Shown here: positions 63,172 through 64,000 of the stretch, in pieces
Position numbering within the stretch: the stretch's first letter is position 1
How the letters are laid out: each line of letters opens with the position of its first letter
From: an uncultured Verrucomicrobiota bacterium
GTDB taxonomy: Bacteria; Verrucomicrobiota; Verrucomicrobiia; Limisphaerales; AAA164-E04
Length of the DNA: 64,000 bases
Direction: 5' to 3'
Assembly: GCA_913061285.1 (NCBI GenBank)
Contig: CAJXVR010000001.1
Location: 4,554-68,553, forward strand
Notes under the pieces: generated by a model
Database searches by the model: none
What the model was told of the DNA's origin: nothing
Seen by the model: the letters and a program-made list of their open reading frames with translations, nothing else
Translations under genes and position numbers: made by a program

Positions 63172-64000
63172 ATGCGTCAGCCTCTTTGTAGATCGAGCTT
63201 GCTTGCTGCCCTGCAGGAGAGTCGAGAGACTTGGGATGTAGTGGTGGTTGGTGGCGGGGCGACGGGATTGGGAGCTGCTGTTGATGCGGCATCTCGAGGG
63301 TTCCGTACTCTGTTACTCGAACAAGCAGATTTTGGGAACGGCACCTCAAGTCGGAGCACGAAATTAATCCATGGCGGGTTCCGCTATCTAAAGCAGGGTG
63401 ACATTGCTCTGGTGAGAGAGTCTCTGCATGAACGAGCGCTCCTTCTGAAAAATGCCCCTCATCTGGTTAGGCCGCTTTCCTTCGTCGTTCCCACGTACCA
63501 GTGGTGGGAACGGTTCTATTACGGATTAGGCCTAAAGATCTATGATCTTATGGCTGGGACCCGACGGCTGGGAGGCACTCGGATTCTTTCCCGTCATTCG
63601 ACGCTCGAGCATTTGGAGGGGCTTTCTGAGAAGGGACTCCTTGGAGGGGTGTCCTATTATGACGCTCAGTTCGACGACGCTCGTCTCGCCATTACTTTGG
63701 CTCAAACTGCGGTTAATCAAGGTGGGAAAGTGTTAAACTACTCACGAGTGTTGGAGTTCATTCGCGACGAGGGGAGAATCAACGGACTCGTATTTGAGGA
63801 CTTGGAGTCGGGTTCGAAGTACCAGATCCGGGCGAGATCGGTAATCAATGCGACGGGGATTTTTACCGATGAGATTCGGCGTCTCGATGATCCTGAATCT
63901 TGGCCGGTCATGCAACTCAGTCAAGGGATTCACCTTGTTTTGGATAGAGATGTTCTTGGTGGGGATTCAGCCTTGATGATTCCTAAAACAGATGACGGTC
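63172..64000 (+). CDS. glpD: FAD-dependent glycerol-3-phosphate dehydrogenase, N-terminal part that runs off the right edge
   Basis: Absent from the ORF track because there is no stop in the window. My own translation from the ATG at 63172 gives ...WDVVVVGGGATGLGAAVDAASRGFRTLLLEQADFGNGTSSRSTKLIHGGFRYL. That is the FAD dinucleotide fold plus the GlpD signature. Confidence 0.8.
   Translation, partial: MRQPLCRSSLLAALQESRETWDVVVVGGGATGLGAAVDAASRGFRTLLLEQADFGNGTSSRSTKLIHGGFRYLKQGDIALVRESLHERALLLKNAPHLVRPLSFVVPTYQWWERFYYGLGLKIYDLMAGTRRLGGTRILSRHSTLEHLEGLSEKGLLGGVSYYDAQFDDARLAITLAQTAVNQGGKVLNYSRVLEFIRDEGRINGLVFEDLESGSKYQIRARSVINATGIFTDEIRRLDDPESWPVMQLSQGIHLVLDRDVLGGDSALMIPKTDDG

Noticed and set aside
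1-64000. Searched by eye for CRISPR arrays, IS/transposase or integrase genes, tRNA/rRNA genes (T-loop GGTTCGAAT-type motifs in intergenic DNA) and prophage genes
   Set aside because: None found. All T-loop-like strings fall inside CDS, and no spaced direct repeats were seen. I cannot exclude small RNAs without covariance-model searches (Infernal/Rfam, tRNAscan-SE).

Overview
This is a 64 kb chromosomal window with moderate GC by eye and dense coding (about 60 CDS, many translationally coupled). I called families by recognising motifs in the translated ORFs; no database search was possible. The gene content points to the PVC superphylum (Verrucomicrobiota or Planctomycetota). It has a PSCyt1-PSCyt2-PSD1 protein coupled to a DUF1501 protein, a stand-alone Planctomycete-type cytochrome c, FGE-sulfatase domain proteins and a CRTAC1/ASPIC-UnbV protein. 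Housekeeping genes I recognise are hisI, hisF, ubiE/menG, moeA, pyrE, dprA, maf, crcB, uvrD/pcrA, trhO, a ymdB-like phosphoesterase, prolyl oligopeptidase, yggS, mfd and a truncated glpD. Between them lie envelope and accessory modules: a three-lipoprotein operon (LpoB-like, large lipoprotein, YcfL-like), a Wzm/Wzt glycan-export locus with a GT2 and two large secreted proteins, and a long co-directional string of poorly characterised genes (35-45 kb). I saw no rRNA, tRNA, CRISPR array, transposase, integrase or phage gene. Two edge-truncated CDS are missing from the supplied ORF track: 1-241 on the minus strand and glpD from 63172 on the plus strand. Many track ORFs begin at upstream TTG/GTG codons, so I trimmed them to more plausible starts. 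There is no clear-cut novel system, but three candidates stand out. (1) At 39.6-45.0 kb, an E1-like gene, a doubly anchored envelope protein, a MacB/FtsX-type ABC pair and a beta-propeller with a coiled-coil insert form one string. (2) At 29.7-34.9 kb, an ABC-2 permease carries an HlyD-type adaptor domain inserted between its transmembrane halves, followed by a secreted FGE-domain protein and a GT2. (3) At 53.9-58.6 kb, a membrane-anchored pentaheme cytochrome c-TPR fusion sits next to a CRTAC1-like FG-GAP protein. All three are hypotheses that need homology, neighbourhood and structure checks.
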